Assembly (NCBI GenBank): GCA_018302815.1
Contig: JAGVZE010000010.1
Coordinates: 3,523 to 67,522, forward strand
Direction of reading: 5' to 3'
From: Candidatus Woesearchaeota archaeon
Lineage (GTDB): Archaea > Nanobdellota > Nanobdellia > Woesearchaeales > ARS49
DNA: 64,000 nt
The notes beneath the pieces were generated by a model. It made no database searches. It was not told the DNA's origin and worked only from the letters and a program-made list of their open reading frames with translations. Shown here one piece after another: positions 46,407-55,691 of this stretch (positions are counted from its first letter, which is position 1; each line of letters starts with the position of its first letter). A program made the position numbers and the translations under genes.

Positions 46407-46841
46407 ATGGTATGCGCACCACACAGATACATAATCGATTCAATGGCCACAGGAGGCGTAGGATACAGCTACAGAAAAACTCCACAGTACGACCTGCCAA
46501 AGGCGTACCAACCTGCATACCAAGTTCAAACATACGCGCCAATCACCCGCGAAATGCTGCCATTGCGATACCAACGCTCATATTACACCTCAATGACCGC
46601 CCTACCAGAGATGACAGGGATAGCGCGACCAGCTACCTTTTCCCAACCGGAAATAAAGACAAACGCGGAGCAACAAATAGCCCAACAAACGGAGGACACG
46701 ATGAAAATAGAACAGCCAAAACCTGAAACGATGACGACTAAAAAGAGCACAAAGCAGGACCTTGCCCGCAAAATACTACAAGAACTAGACAAACTTGGAC
46801 GAGAAGAGCACGAACACGGAGAACACACGCATGTGCACTGA
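46407..46841 (+). CDS. Low-complexity protein with C-terminal amphipathic helix and His-rich tail
   Basis: Tyr/Gln/Pro/Thr-rich; DLARKILQELDKL; overlaps the start of the AAA ATPase; start could be 46443. Confidence 0.6.
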   Translation: MVCAPHRYIIDSMATGGVGYSYRKTPQYDLPKAYQPAYQVQTYAPITREMLPLRYQRSYYTSMTALPEMTGIARPATFSQPEIKTNAEQQIAQQTEDTMKIEQPKPETMTTKKSTKQDLARKILQELDKLGREEHEHGEHTHVH

Positions 46842-47922
46842 GACAGACGCCAAACGGCTGATACAGGAAGCATTGGAAGGCGAACTCGAAGACCCTGTCC
46901 AAAGCAGAAAAAAATACCTTGAAGCCGCAGAAATAATGCTCTTGTTATCTGAACAGAACAAGGAACACGAAGAAAAATGCGTTCAACTCGCAGGCATCCT
47001 CTACGATAAATCAGAAACGCTCAAAACAGCAAAACCAATAATCAAACAAGCCGCAAAAACAAGCCTCACGTTCGCAGACATAGGCGGACTGCACAAGCTC
47101 AAAGAAGAAATAAGATTCAAAATCATAGAGCCATTCAACAATCCAAGCGTATACCAATACTTCGGCAAAAACGTCGGTGGAGGAATAGTCATGTACGGCC
47201 CTCCTGGCTGCGGAAAAAGCCTCATCGCAGAAGCTACAAGCAATGAAGCAGGCGCGGCGTTCTTCCACGTAAAAGCATCGGACCTCAAAGGCAAATATGT
47301 AGGAGAAACTGAGAAAAACATAGCTGAACTATTCAAAAAAGCAAGAGCGCAGGCGCCCAGCATAATATTCTTTGATGAATTCGAAGCATTGGGCAGCGAC
47401 CGTACGAACAGCCCTGTGCACGAGCGCAACTCTGTCGCGCAACTCTTGACCGAAATGGATGGCGTAGGCTCGAAAAATCAGCAGATACTGCTCCTCGCAG
47501 CAACAAACGAGCCGTGGAGCCTTGATTCGGCACTGCTTCGGGAAGGAAGATTCGGAACAACCCTATTTATACCGCCACCTGACCTTGACTCGCGAAAAGA
47601 CATACTCAAACTTTGCCTCGCAGGAAAACCGCTTGCTGCAGATGTCTCACTAGGAGAGCTCGCCAAAAAAACAGATAAATTCTCAGGAGCAGACCTCAAA
47701 GCATTATGCGAGAAAGCAACCGACATTCCTTTACGCGAATATTTCAAGACTAAAAAACTGCGGCCGCTAACTCAAGCCGACTTCGAGAAAGCATTGAACG
47801 AAGTCAAATCAGTCATACCCCTCTGGATGAGAAAAGCGGAAGCCACTGTCAAAAAACTAGGCATGGAAGAAACGTTTCCCGACATCTCTACCGCAAAAGC
47901 CCCGCTACAAGATCAGGCGTGA
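46831..47922 (+). CDS. Single-cassette AAA+ ATPase (Vps4/Cdc48-like) with MIT-like N-terminal helical domain
   Basis: F.DIGGL, YGPPGCGKS, KYVGE, FFDE, ATN.PW.LD.ALLR.GRF, SGAD. Confidence 0.85.
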   Translation: MCTETDAKRLIQEALEGELEDPVQSRKKYLEAAEIMLLLSEQNKEHEEKCVQLAGILYDKSETLKTAKPIIKQAAKTSLTFADIGGLHKLKEEIRFKIIEPFNNPSVYQYFGKNVGGGIVMYGPPGCGKSLIAEATSNEAGAAFFHVKASDLKGKYVGETEKNIAELFKKARAQAPSIIFFDEFEALGSDRTNSPVHERNSVAQLLTEMDGVGSKNQQILLLAATNEPWSLDSALLREGRFGTTLFIPPPDLDSRKDILKLCLAGKPLAADVSLGELAKKTDKFSGADLKALCEKATDIPLREYFKTKKLRPLTQADFEKALNEVKSVIPLWMRKAEATVKKLGMEETFPDISTAKAPLQDQA

Positions 47923-49456
47923 TCTTTATCTCGCCATTCTGCGCGTAAACGCCAGCATGGAAAATTATTTGATGAAATAGTTTATGAGCAAGAGCATTCA
48001 ATGAACGAGCGCCGGTCTCTTTGGGAGCGAGCCTTGCAATCTGCGCCGCCACACCAGGCTCGAATTCAAGATTGAAACCGCGCTCTTTGAACAATTTTTT
48101 GTACTTCTCAAAAATCCCTTCCTTTGTACCGGACAGGATAGATTCTAGCTCGTCCACAGTAAGCTGCTTTAACGTAGCAATAGCAGAATGCCTGCCAACC
48201 AATTCAGACTTAAGCCCGTATTTTATAATGTCATCAGGAGTCACGTACTCTAACGAGTCTATCATCTTTCGCTCAGAGCCTTGAGCAAAGCCGAACGAAC
48301 GCTCATCAATACCCACTCTCGCACGGATTATCGAATCGAGACTGTGCTCATCACCGCCGCCGAACGCTCCTGCAGTCACGAACATCAAATTCTCAGTGCT
48401 AATGCGCCTCTTTTCATCAATAGTCACGCTCGCACCATCCAGCCAGCCGATAAGCGCATCCTGCAATTCCACACCAAAACCAAATCCGCGCCTATCAGGA
48501 TATGCAAGCTTATCTATTTCGTCGAGGAAAACTATGCCGTACGGCGCATCATCTTTAGTTTGAACTGCCAAACTTCTAAGCGCGTTCGAAGCGTTATCGC
48601 CAACAAAACCCTCCCCTGACTTGCTCGTAAGAACATCCTTGATGAACGGAAGCTTCGCCTTGCGCGCAAGAAGCCTCATCATCAATGTCTTGCCAGAACC
48701 GGTAGGGCCGATTATCAGCATATTATCTTTTGGCAAAGACGAATCCTTGCTTCTATAACGAACCATATAATTCGAAAATACCACTGACACACTTTGCTTA
48801 GCTTCCTGCTGACCCACAACATACTGGTTCAAATAATCATAGATAGCCCGCGGATTCTCCCACTCGAACTCTTCTTCGCACACAGACGCGCTCTTTGGCC
48901 TCACTATAACCAAACTTTTGACGCGATCGTCTTTTCTAAGCGAAGCCCAATATTTTTTCACTTTATCCAACACTGCGCCCTCAAGAGTTTGAGGAATTAG
49001 CGACACCCCTGCGCTAGAATCAGCAACCAGCCTCATCGCAAGCCCTTTTTCAGTCTCAGAAACCAAAAGAAGAGGATACGCGTGCTCTGCACCCTGAACT
49101 CCAAGAAGTTTTGCGCCTCTCCTCAGATGAGAGTATTTAGTCACCTGAAGAGGAACGTACAACGTCTTGCCTCTTGCGCGAGAGGGGCACAATTTGCCTG
49201 ATTGAAGAGTATAATAATTACTGGTTGAAAAAGAAGTCTGCCTGCAAAAACCCATCTTTTGAGCTGAATTCGCGCCTTCACCCGCAAGAATCCTATAAAG
49301 CGAGTCATTTTGCGCCTCAACCGCAAGAACGTAGAGGGGAGTCGTTTCACGTTTGCTTCCCTGTTTGACACAAATCGACATGTCCTGAGCGAAATGCAAA
49401 CTGCTAATAAGCCGTTCCAGAGAATCACTCTGTTCACCGAATCTTCCGCCAGACAC
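47888..49456 (-). CDS. ClpX-like AAA+ unfoldase with novel N-terminal domain
   Basis: L..YVVGQ..AK, GPTGSGKT, G.VG, VFLDEIDK, GAF, FGF loop, ELVGR, GARSL; no N-terminal C4 Zn finger. Confidence 0.82.
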   Translation of the reverse strand: MSGGRFGEQSDSLERLISSLHFAQDMSICVKQGSKRETTPLYVLAVEAQNDSLYRILAGEGANSAQKMGFCRQTSFSTSNYYTLQSGKLCPSRARGKTLYVPLQVTKYSHLRRGAKLLGVQGAEHAYPLLLVSETEKGLAMRLVADSSAGVSLIPQTLEGAVLDKVKKYWASLRKDDRVKSLVIVRPKSASVCEEEFEWENPRAIYDYLNQYVVGQQEAKQSVSVVFSNYMVRYRSKDSSLPKDNMLIIGPTGSGKTLMMRLLARKAKLPFIKDVLTSKSGEGFVGDNASNALRSLAVQTKDDAPYGIVFLDEIDKLAYPDRRGFGFGVELQDALIGWLDGASVTIDEKRRISTENLMFVTAGAFGGGDEHSLDSIIRARVGIDERSFGFAQGSERKMIDSLEYVTPDDIIKYGLKSELVGRHSAIATLKQLTVDELESILSGTKEGIFEKYKKLFKERGFNLEFEPGVAAQIARLAPKETGARSLNALAHKLFHQIIFHAGVYAQNGEIKITPDLVAGLLR

Positions 49457-49576
49457 AAGAATGAATAAACGGATTTTCTACTTAAATGTTTGTTTAAGTA
49501 ATTATTAAAGAATGAGTATGTATAACCGTACAAACCAAGAGTCATGCATTTAATATCCACGTAATGAGCATAAATC

Positions 49577-51070
49577 ATGCATAATACTGAAAGCCCTCAC
49601 CAAGAAACAGAAGGAATCACCATATTTCCATCATTCGAACCCGGACAAATAATCAACGGGTATGAAATCATCAAACCTCTGCGAAGAGGCGGAATGGGAA
49701 TGCCCTACTTATCCCGAAACTGCATACCGGGCCTAGAGGACATGCAGGCAGTTCTAAAATTCCCCGCCATACCTGCTAATGAAAGCAGAGAACAATTCAT
49801 GCGCCGCTGGCTACACGAAGTGAAGGGACTCCTAGCAATAGACCATCCCAACGTGGTCAAAATCTATGACGCCCAAATCCACCAAGGAATGCCATACATA
49901 CGCATGGAATACGCGAAAGGCCATGAATTATCCTGGATGCTAGCATACCAAGCGATACCAGAACCGCACGTAATAAACTGCATGACGATAGCAAAAGGAC
50001 TACTGAGCGCGATAGCAGACATACACCAAAGAGGGATAACTCACCGAGACGTCAAGCCCCAGAACATCATAATCGATCATAACCTAACTCCAAAATTGAT
50101 AGATTTTGGAATCGTGAAATTGCAAACAGAAGACCTTACACGTGACGGAGAATTCTTAGGAACAATCGGTTACATGTCGCCAGAGGTGCTTGAAGAAATA
50201 GAAGACCCAAGACGAGACGTATGGGCCGCAGGCATGGCACTCTACTCAATGCTGACTTACTATGAACCCGCACGCGATCCAAAGAAAGGCAAAACTGATT
50301 TTGAACAAATGGATTATTTCAGGAGATGGCAGCCAGAATCGCTTGAATTAAAAATCGGCCATCAGGCAAAGTCAATAGACTCCCTCTTAAAAGAAATGCT
50401 CAAACAAGACTACGAAAAAAGGATTCACGCCAAAGACGCCTACGAACTCATATGCTCCATAATTCCAGACCTTAGCGCCAATTCAAAAACCACACTTGTG
50501 CCTCAACAGCTCGGGACTCTCGAACTATTCATAAGAGATGCCACGCACATGAGCGACATAGAATTCGTCTCGAAATATGGCCACGCGATATTAATGAGAG
50601 CAGACACTTACCAACATACAACACGAGCTCCCCTGGGCGCGAGCAGATGGGTTGATCAATGCTTGGATACACTTTTGTTCTCAACTTCAAAGAAGCACAT
50701 GCAAGTAATCGGAAGAAACCCTGAAGCAGACATTAGAATAAACCACAAATATGTGTCAAACAAGCACGCAGCAATCATACACAAAGACAATAATTACTCG
50801 ATACAAGATCTCCTTTCAAAGAACGGCACACGCGTGGGCGACCTTCCAAAGACCGCATCAGAAATATACCTCAACCCCGGAGACATCATAGCATTCGGAC
50901 ATCCATCAGTACAATATGTCTTTGAAACCACGCTTTCAATTCGCACTAAAATCCAATCAGCGCAGGAAACAAACAACCACGGCAGTATCCAAACCAAGAC
51001 CCAAAGGCGAATATGCCCAGGAACAACGAAAAAAAGCAACGGGCAGTCAATTCAGCACGACTTAGACTGA
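49577..51070 (+). CDS. Hanks-type Ser/Thr protein kinase with C-terminal FHA domain
   Basis: GGMG, VLK, HRDVKPQN, DFG, GT.GYMSPE, DVWA.G; FHA IGR...S..HA...D..S.NGT. Confidence 0.9.
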   Translation: MHNTESPHQETEGITIFPSFEPGQIINGYEIIKPLRRGGMGMPYLSRNCIPGLEDMQAVLKFPAIPANESREQFMRRWLHEVKGLLAIDHPNVVKIYDAQIHQGMPYIRMEYAKGHELSWMLAYQAIPEPHVINCMTIAKGLLSAIADIHQRGITHRDVKPQNIIIDHNLTPKLIDFGIVKLQTEDLTRDGEFLGTIGYMSPEVLEEIEDPRRDVWAAGMALYSMLTYYEPARDPKKGKTDFEQMDYFRRWQPESLELKIGHQAKSIDSLLKEMLKQDYEKRIHAKDAYELICSIIPDLSANSKTTLVPQQLGTLELFIRDATHMSDIEFVSKYGHAILMRADTYQHTTRAPLGASRWVDQCLDTLLFSTSKKHMQVIGRNPEADIRINHKYVSNKHAAIIHKDNNYSIQDLLSKNGTRVGDLPKTASEIYLNPGDIIAFGHPSVQYVFETTLSIRTKIQSAQETNNHGSIQTKTQRRICPGTTKKSNGQSIQHDLD

Positions 51071-52108
51071 ACGCGCGGCCTGCTGCATCACTTTACGAAG
51101 CTCATCCTCAGAAAGCATCTTTGCGTGCACTCTTGAATGAGCCTTTTCTATAAGTTTGTACGCGGGGCCTGCCTGATTGATGACCATTCCAAGGCCGTTC
51201 ACCAAATGCTCTAGCTTTTCAACACGCGCATGCCGCAACGTGACGGTATTGTCAGCGCCAGCTTTAGGCAAAACAATGTCAACGATGACGACAGCAGGAT
51301 TTATCTCTTTCAACCGCCTTAGAATCTCAAGCGAAATAGTGTTATTGTATTCCGGATGCGCTGGAGCAAACGCGCTCATCTCAACCAACGGACCATCAGC
51401 TCCCTTTTCAGTGCAATTGACAATAACATCGGGCTTTACAATCGTGTTGAGAACATTGCCCCGAATCAAGTCTTCAGGAACAGCATACGTGACAAGAGAA
51501 GGATAATCGCGGCTTAGTTCCTGAGCAAGAACTGTTCCCTTGCTAACTGTGCGATTGACTATCGATATGCGCTTCGCGCCTTCTTTAGCCAATTCTTTTG
51601 CAAAAGGCTTTGCGACTCCTCCCGCGCCGAAAAGAACGTAATTAGAATCAACGCCTTTACCGAGTTTTACAAGCTCATCTTTTATGCTCAGAAGAAGACC
51701 TCTTGCGTCAGTATTGTAGCCGACAAGCTTTGAGCCTTCTTTCACAACAATATTCACTGAATTCAATCCATCAGGAACAGTGCTGTCAAGATACTCAACA
51801 ACGGTTTCCTTAAAGCCAACCCCTGCGCCTCCGCCCAAATACTTTGGGTCCTTTCGCAAAGCTTCAGTTATTTGCGGCAAATCCTTCGGGTCAGCCACGA
51901 CCATTATGTTCCTGATGCTAAGACCAAGACTCTCGTAAACAGTATTCCACATAACAGGAGTCTTCGCCCCATAATCATGAGCTATAAGCGGAACAGTGTA
52001 TCCAGCAAGGTCATCAAGAGCAGAAATTTCAAACTCATTCTTCATAGGAAGCCTTGCTAATTTGACAATACCCGCCTCAAACAATTCTTTTAAAGTTGAA
52101 TACCCCAT
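51062..52108 (-). CDS. Shikimate dehydrogenase-family oxidoreductase (divergent)
   Basis: SVN, GYNTD..G, GAGG.A, NRT, N.T, GLGM..NQA. Confidence 0.78.
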   Translation of the reverse strand: MGYSTLKELFEAGIVKLARLPMKNEFEISALDDLAGYTVPLIAHDYGAKTPVMWNTVYESLGLSIRNIMVVADPKDLPQITEALRKDPKYLGGGAGVGFKETVVEYLDSTVPDGLNSVNIVVKEGSKLVGYNTDARGLLLSIKDELVKLGKGVDSNYVLFGAGGVAKPFAKELAKEGAKRISIVNRTVSKGTVLAQELSRDYPSLVTYAVPEDLIRGNVLNTIVKPDVIVNCTEKGADGPLVEMSAFAPAHPEYNNTISLEILRRLKEINPAVVIVDIVLPKAGADNTVTLRHARVEKLEHLVNGLGMVINQAGPAYKLIEKAHSRVHAKMLSEDELRKVMQQAARSV

Positions 52109-52184
52109 ACGCCGCTTGCCACCACACGGATTTATAAGCTTTATGGACAACAAGTTTTAATAGTTCTCATCATCACGCAAGAAT

Positions 52185-52550
52185 ATGTCAATAGCACACG
52201 GAGAAGTTCTAGGAGATTGGGAAGACAAGCTCACACAGTATCATTTCACGTACCGCAGAGCAGAATCAGAATATATGAAAACCCGAACTCCCGATAACAG
52301 GCAAAAATACCATCATTGGAAGGCAATATGCAACGCTTTCACGCTCACACTCGGAATTTTACGAGAATCAATAGTAGAAGCTATACTCTTGGAGGGCGAT
52401 CCAATATCATTTTTCCGAGATCGCCTTGTACCGCAAAAACCAACACTAGACTCAATGCTATTAAATGCAGGGCCGGCCACGCAACAAAAATTCAACGAGC
52501 AATGCGAACAGCTCTTCAACGATTTAGAAACATACGGAGGACGAATATGA
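52185..52550 (+). CDS. Hypothetical protein
   Basis: 121 aa ATG ORF; ATGA-coupled to the next gene. Confidence 0.6.
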   Translation: MSIAHGEVLGDWEDKLTQYHFTYRRAESEYMKTRTPDNRQKYHHWKAICNAFTLTLGILRESIVEAILLEGDPISFFRDRLVPQKPTLDSMLLNAGPATQQKFNEQCEQLFNDLETYGGRI

Positions 52551-52894
52551 AAAAATTAATCGCTTTTGTATTGCTTCTCACGCTAATCGCGTGCGCAGCG
52601 CCGCAACAACAACGAGGAGACACATCCGCAAGGACAGTCGAACCAACAGGAAACGTTGTCGATGTCACAATTGAAGGATTCGCATTCAACCCGACTGAAC
52701 TCACAGTGAACGCGGGCGACACTGTACGCTGGACGAACAAAGATTCAGTCACGCATACAGCAACAGGACAAGGATTCGACACAGGACCTTTGAATCCGGG
52801 CCAAAACGGCGAAGTCACATTCGACAAACCGGGAACGTACACCTATAAGTGCACTCCTCACCCAAGCATGAAAGGAAAAATAATCGTCAACTAA
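52547..52894 (+). CDS. Cupredoxin (plastocyanin/amicyanin-like) lipoprotein
   Basis: Lipobox LIAC; F.P..L.V..GDTV.WTN.D...H, Y.C..HP.M; GGAGG RBS. Confidence 0.9.
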   Translation: MKKLIAFVLLLTLIACAAPQQQRGDTSARTVEPTGNVVDVTIEGFAFNPTELTVNAGDTVRWTNKDSVTHTATGQGFDTGPLNPGQNGEVTFDKPGTYTYKCTPHPSMKGKIIVN

Positions 52895-53297
52895 CTGTCT
52901 GCCTAAAAATGGATTTTGGCGGAAGCGAACCGCTCATGTCAACCCCATGCAGCTCACTTATAAATTGCAGAATCAACGGGTTAGCGGCATACGTCTTCAT
53001 CGCTTCCTCATCGACAAGACGTTCCAATCTGTCATCAGCAACGCCAAATCTCTTGCGCGAATAATAGCTCAAAAAATCATCCCTTGCGTGGATTAGTTCA
53101 TGAAGCACTGTCACCGCCAAATCATCGAAAGATTCAACATGAGGGAGAATCACTACTGCCTTGCACACCTCAAAATATCCTTTCGATAAACATCTTGAAG
53201 GAAGACATATCTGCGGAACATGCCTTTTTAGCAAATGAAGAGTCAACCCCTCTTCGTAACAGCGCATTATATGATTCTGAGTCAACATATTGCGCAA
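52887..53297 (-). CDS. Small HExxH metallopeptidase-like protein
   Basis: TVLHELIHA; downstream E..VDEEA. Confidence 0.6.
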   Translation of the reverse strand: MRNMLTQNHIMRCYEEGLTLHLLKRHVPQICLPSRCLSKGYFEVCKAVVILPHVESFDDLAVTVLHELIHARDDFLSYYSRKRFGVADDRLERLVDEEAMKTYAANPLILQFISELHGVDMSGSLPPKSIFRQTVS

Positions 53298-53363
53298 TAT
53301 TCGCTTGAAATTGATAAAATAAACGACACATTCATAATTATTTTAAAGCGTATTGATTAAGCG

Positions 53364-54083
53364 GTGTTTGTGAAAGCAGTCATACTAGCTGCAGGAAGAG
53401 GTACGCGCCTTGCGCCCTTAACAGACACTATTCCCAAGGCGCTCGTGCCAATAAACGGACGGGCGATGCTCGACATCATTCTTGAACAGCTGAGCTTTGC
53501 AGGAGTAACTGAAGCAGTAATTGTTGTCCATTATCTCAAAGATAAAATAATAGCTGCTATTGGAAACGAACGACACGGAATCAAGATAAAGTACGCCGAA
53601 CAAGAGAAGATAAATGGATCGGCACCAGCGCTTCTTTGCGCAGAACCGCACATAACTGATGAAAAATTCATAACGTTGGCATGCGATTCGCTGTTTGAAA
53701 CGGACCTGCTCTCACGTCTTCTTGAACACGATTCAGACGGCGTATTCACCTGCAGGGAAGTTGAAGATGGAAGGCGATATGGAATACTTGAAACTTCAGG
53801 CAGAAGAGTCACGCGAATAATAGAAAAACCTGAAAATCCCCCTACAAATCTCGCGAATTTTAGCGTTTACCTTCTTCCACACGACATATTCGATGCTTGC
53901 AGGCAAGTGCCTTTTGGAAAAAATGATGAAAAATGGCTACCTGATGCTATTCAAAACTTGATAGAACAAGGAATGATATTCACCTTTGAGAAAAGCGCGC
54001 ACATTTTAGACATAGGCACGAACGAACAGCTAGCTGAAGCGCAGGAACTCGCGAAAAAACTCAATCTGGCAAACGCGGAATGA
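53364..54083 (+). CDS. Sugar-phosphate nucleotidyltransferase
   Basis: AVILAAGRGTRL.PLT...PK, YG, IIEKP, DIG. Confidence 0.9.
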   Translation: MFVKAVILAAGRGTRLAPLTDTIPKALVPINGRAMLDIILEQLSFAGVTEAVIVVHYLKDKIIAAIGNERHGIKIKYAEQEKINGSAPALLCAEPHITDEKFITLACDSLFETDLLSRLLEHDSDGVFTCREVEDGRRYGILETSGRRVTRIIEKPENPPTNLANFSVYLLPHDIFDACRQVPFGKNDEKWLPDAIQNLIEQGMIFTFEKSAHILDIGTNEQLAEAQELAKKLNLANAE

Positions 54084-54219
54084 TGACATATGCAAGCGCC
54101 GCGAGCAAAATAAGTCCCAGCCAAAACAGTCTGAGCGTAATGACTGTCAAACCGGCCAAGATAAGAAGCGCTATCGCGATCATAATTCCAATAATGCCCA
54201 AAGCTTTTTTCAAGCTCAT
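54061..54219 (-). CDS. 52-aa two-TM membrane microprotein (not in ORF track)
   Basis: MSLKKALGIIGIMIAIALLILAGLTVITLRLFWLGLILLAALAYVIIPRLPD*; ATGA overlap with the DUF1385 stop. Confidence 0.65.
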   Translation of the reverse strand: MSLKKALGIIGIMIAIALLILAGLTVITLRLFWLGLILLAALAYVIIPRLPD

Positions 54220-55043
54220 TTTGCCTTGTTCACCGCAGCTATCGCGACCTCAACTTGCGAAGCATCAGGCTGCCGTGTCGTCAACTTTTGTATCCAAATA
54301 CCAGGATAAGTCAGGAATTTTAGAACTTTGAACTTCGCGCTCGCCTTCAAAAGCTCATAAGATATTCCTGCCACAACCGGGATGAGAAATATTCTTGCAG
54401 GCACGTTGATGTACCAATACTGCGTTCTAATCAGCGAGAAGAAAACTATGCTGACAGCGACGACGAAAAACAACAAGCTCGTTCCGCACCGCGGGTGCTC
54501 AGGAGGGAACTTCTTCACATTCTTAACCGTAAGGTCAAGCTTGTTCTCATAACAATGCACAGCCATATGCTCTGCGCCGTGGTACTCGAACATCCTTCGC
54601 ACGTCCGACATAAAACCTATAGCGAATAGATAAAGCACGAACACAACTAGGCGCAAAACACCATCCAATATTCCAAACGAGATAGTCGTAGGATCAAAAA
54701 CAAGCTTTGATAGATAATAAGGAAGCACGATGAAAAGACCTATCGTGAGCAACAATGCGAAACCAAATGTCAATGCCCACTCAAGAGGGCCAAGCTCTTC
54801 CTCCTCTCCCTGCATGTTCGCGCTCCAAGTTATCGCGCGAATGCCTATGACAAGCATCTCGCTCAACTGAACGACTCCGCGAATGAGTGGAAAGCCCAGA
54901 ATTCTGTATCTTTGACTAAGCGAAACGTGCTTATGCTTCACGCAAACAATCTTCTTGTCAGGAGTCCTTGCCGCCATGGAAACGCTATCCGGCGATTTTA
55001 TCATGACCCCCTCTATCAGCGCTTGGCCGCCCAACGGTTTCAT
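54216..55043 (-). CDS. DUF1385 family membrane protein
   Basis: GGQALIEGVM, F.YHGAEH, HPRCGTS, SYE, Q.LTT..PD. Confidence 0.92.
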   Translation of the reverse strand: MKPLGGQALIEGVMIKSPDSVSMAARTPDKKIVCVKHKHVSLSQRYRILGFPLIRGVVQLSEMLVIGIRAITWSANMQGEEEELGPLEWALTFGFALLLTIGLFIVLPYYLSKLVFDPTTISFGILDGVLRLVVFVLYLFAIGFMSDVRRMFEYHGAEHMAVHCYENKLDLTVKNVKKFPPEHPRCGTSLLFFVVAVSIVFFSLIRTQYWYINVPARIFLIPVVAGISYELLKASAKFKVLKFLTYPGIWIQKLTTRQPDASQVEVAIAAVNKAK

Positions 55044-55669
55044 ACGTCAACACTCTCCCCCTGATCAAGGATTCTTACAGAAACTTTTGCAAGCTCGGAA
55101 AACAATTCAGCGGAATCTTTGGATCCCGTCATGGCGCCCCAATGTATAGGAATCGCAAGCTTAGGACCTATCGCGTTAGCTATGGACGCTGCCTCTTTTG
55201 CTTCAGAAGTGAATGTGCCTCCAACTGAAACGAACAAAACATCAGGACGAATTTCACCAAGCGCGGGATAATAATCAGAATCGCCCATGAAAAAAACCTT
55301 CTTTTTCTCTGCGATAACCACAAAACCCATACCTTCTTCTTCAACTCCATGACGCGCGACATCTGAATGGGGATTGATAACCTTAGTACCCACTATCTCA
55401 ACATCGCCGTGCAAAATACTCTGCCCCGGAACAAGGACTGAACAGGGAAATAGATTCTTAGCTGTCTCTTTTGTGCCTATACGAAGAGTCTCATCAGTCG
55501 AAATTTTTCGCACCTTCTCCATATTACAATGATCAAAATGAAATTTTGAAATAAGCACAATGGTCGCTGGCGTGTACCACTCATTTTCTCCAGCATAAGG
55601 ATCAATGTAAATAGTATCAGAACCAGTCTGAATCTTAACCGAAGAATGCCCAAGCCAAGTGATGCGCAT
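55040..55669 (-). CDS. Metallo-beta-lactamase fold hydrolase (UPF0173-like)
   Basis: ITWLGHS, IDP, SKFHFDH, GD, PIHWG. Confidence 0.85.
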   Translation of the reverse strand: MRITWLGHSSVKIQTGSDTIYIDPYAGENEWYTPATIVLISKFHFDHCNMEKVRKISTDETLRIGTKETAKNLFPCSVLVPGQSILHGDVEIVGTKVINPHSDVARHGVEEEGMGFVVIAEKKKVFFMGDSDYYPALGEIRPDVLFVSVGGTFTSEAKEAASIANAIGPKLAIPIHWGAMTGSKDSAELFSELAKVSVRILDQGESVDV

Positions 55670-55691
55670 AAGCACACTGTGGAAACTCTTT

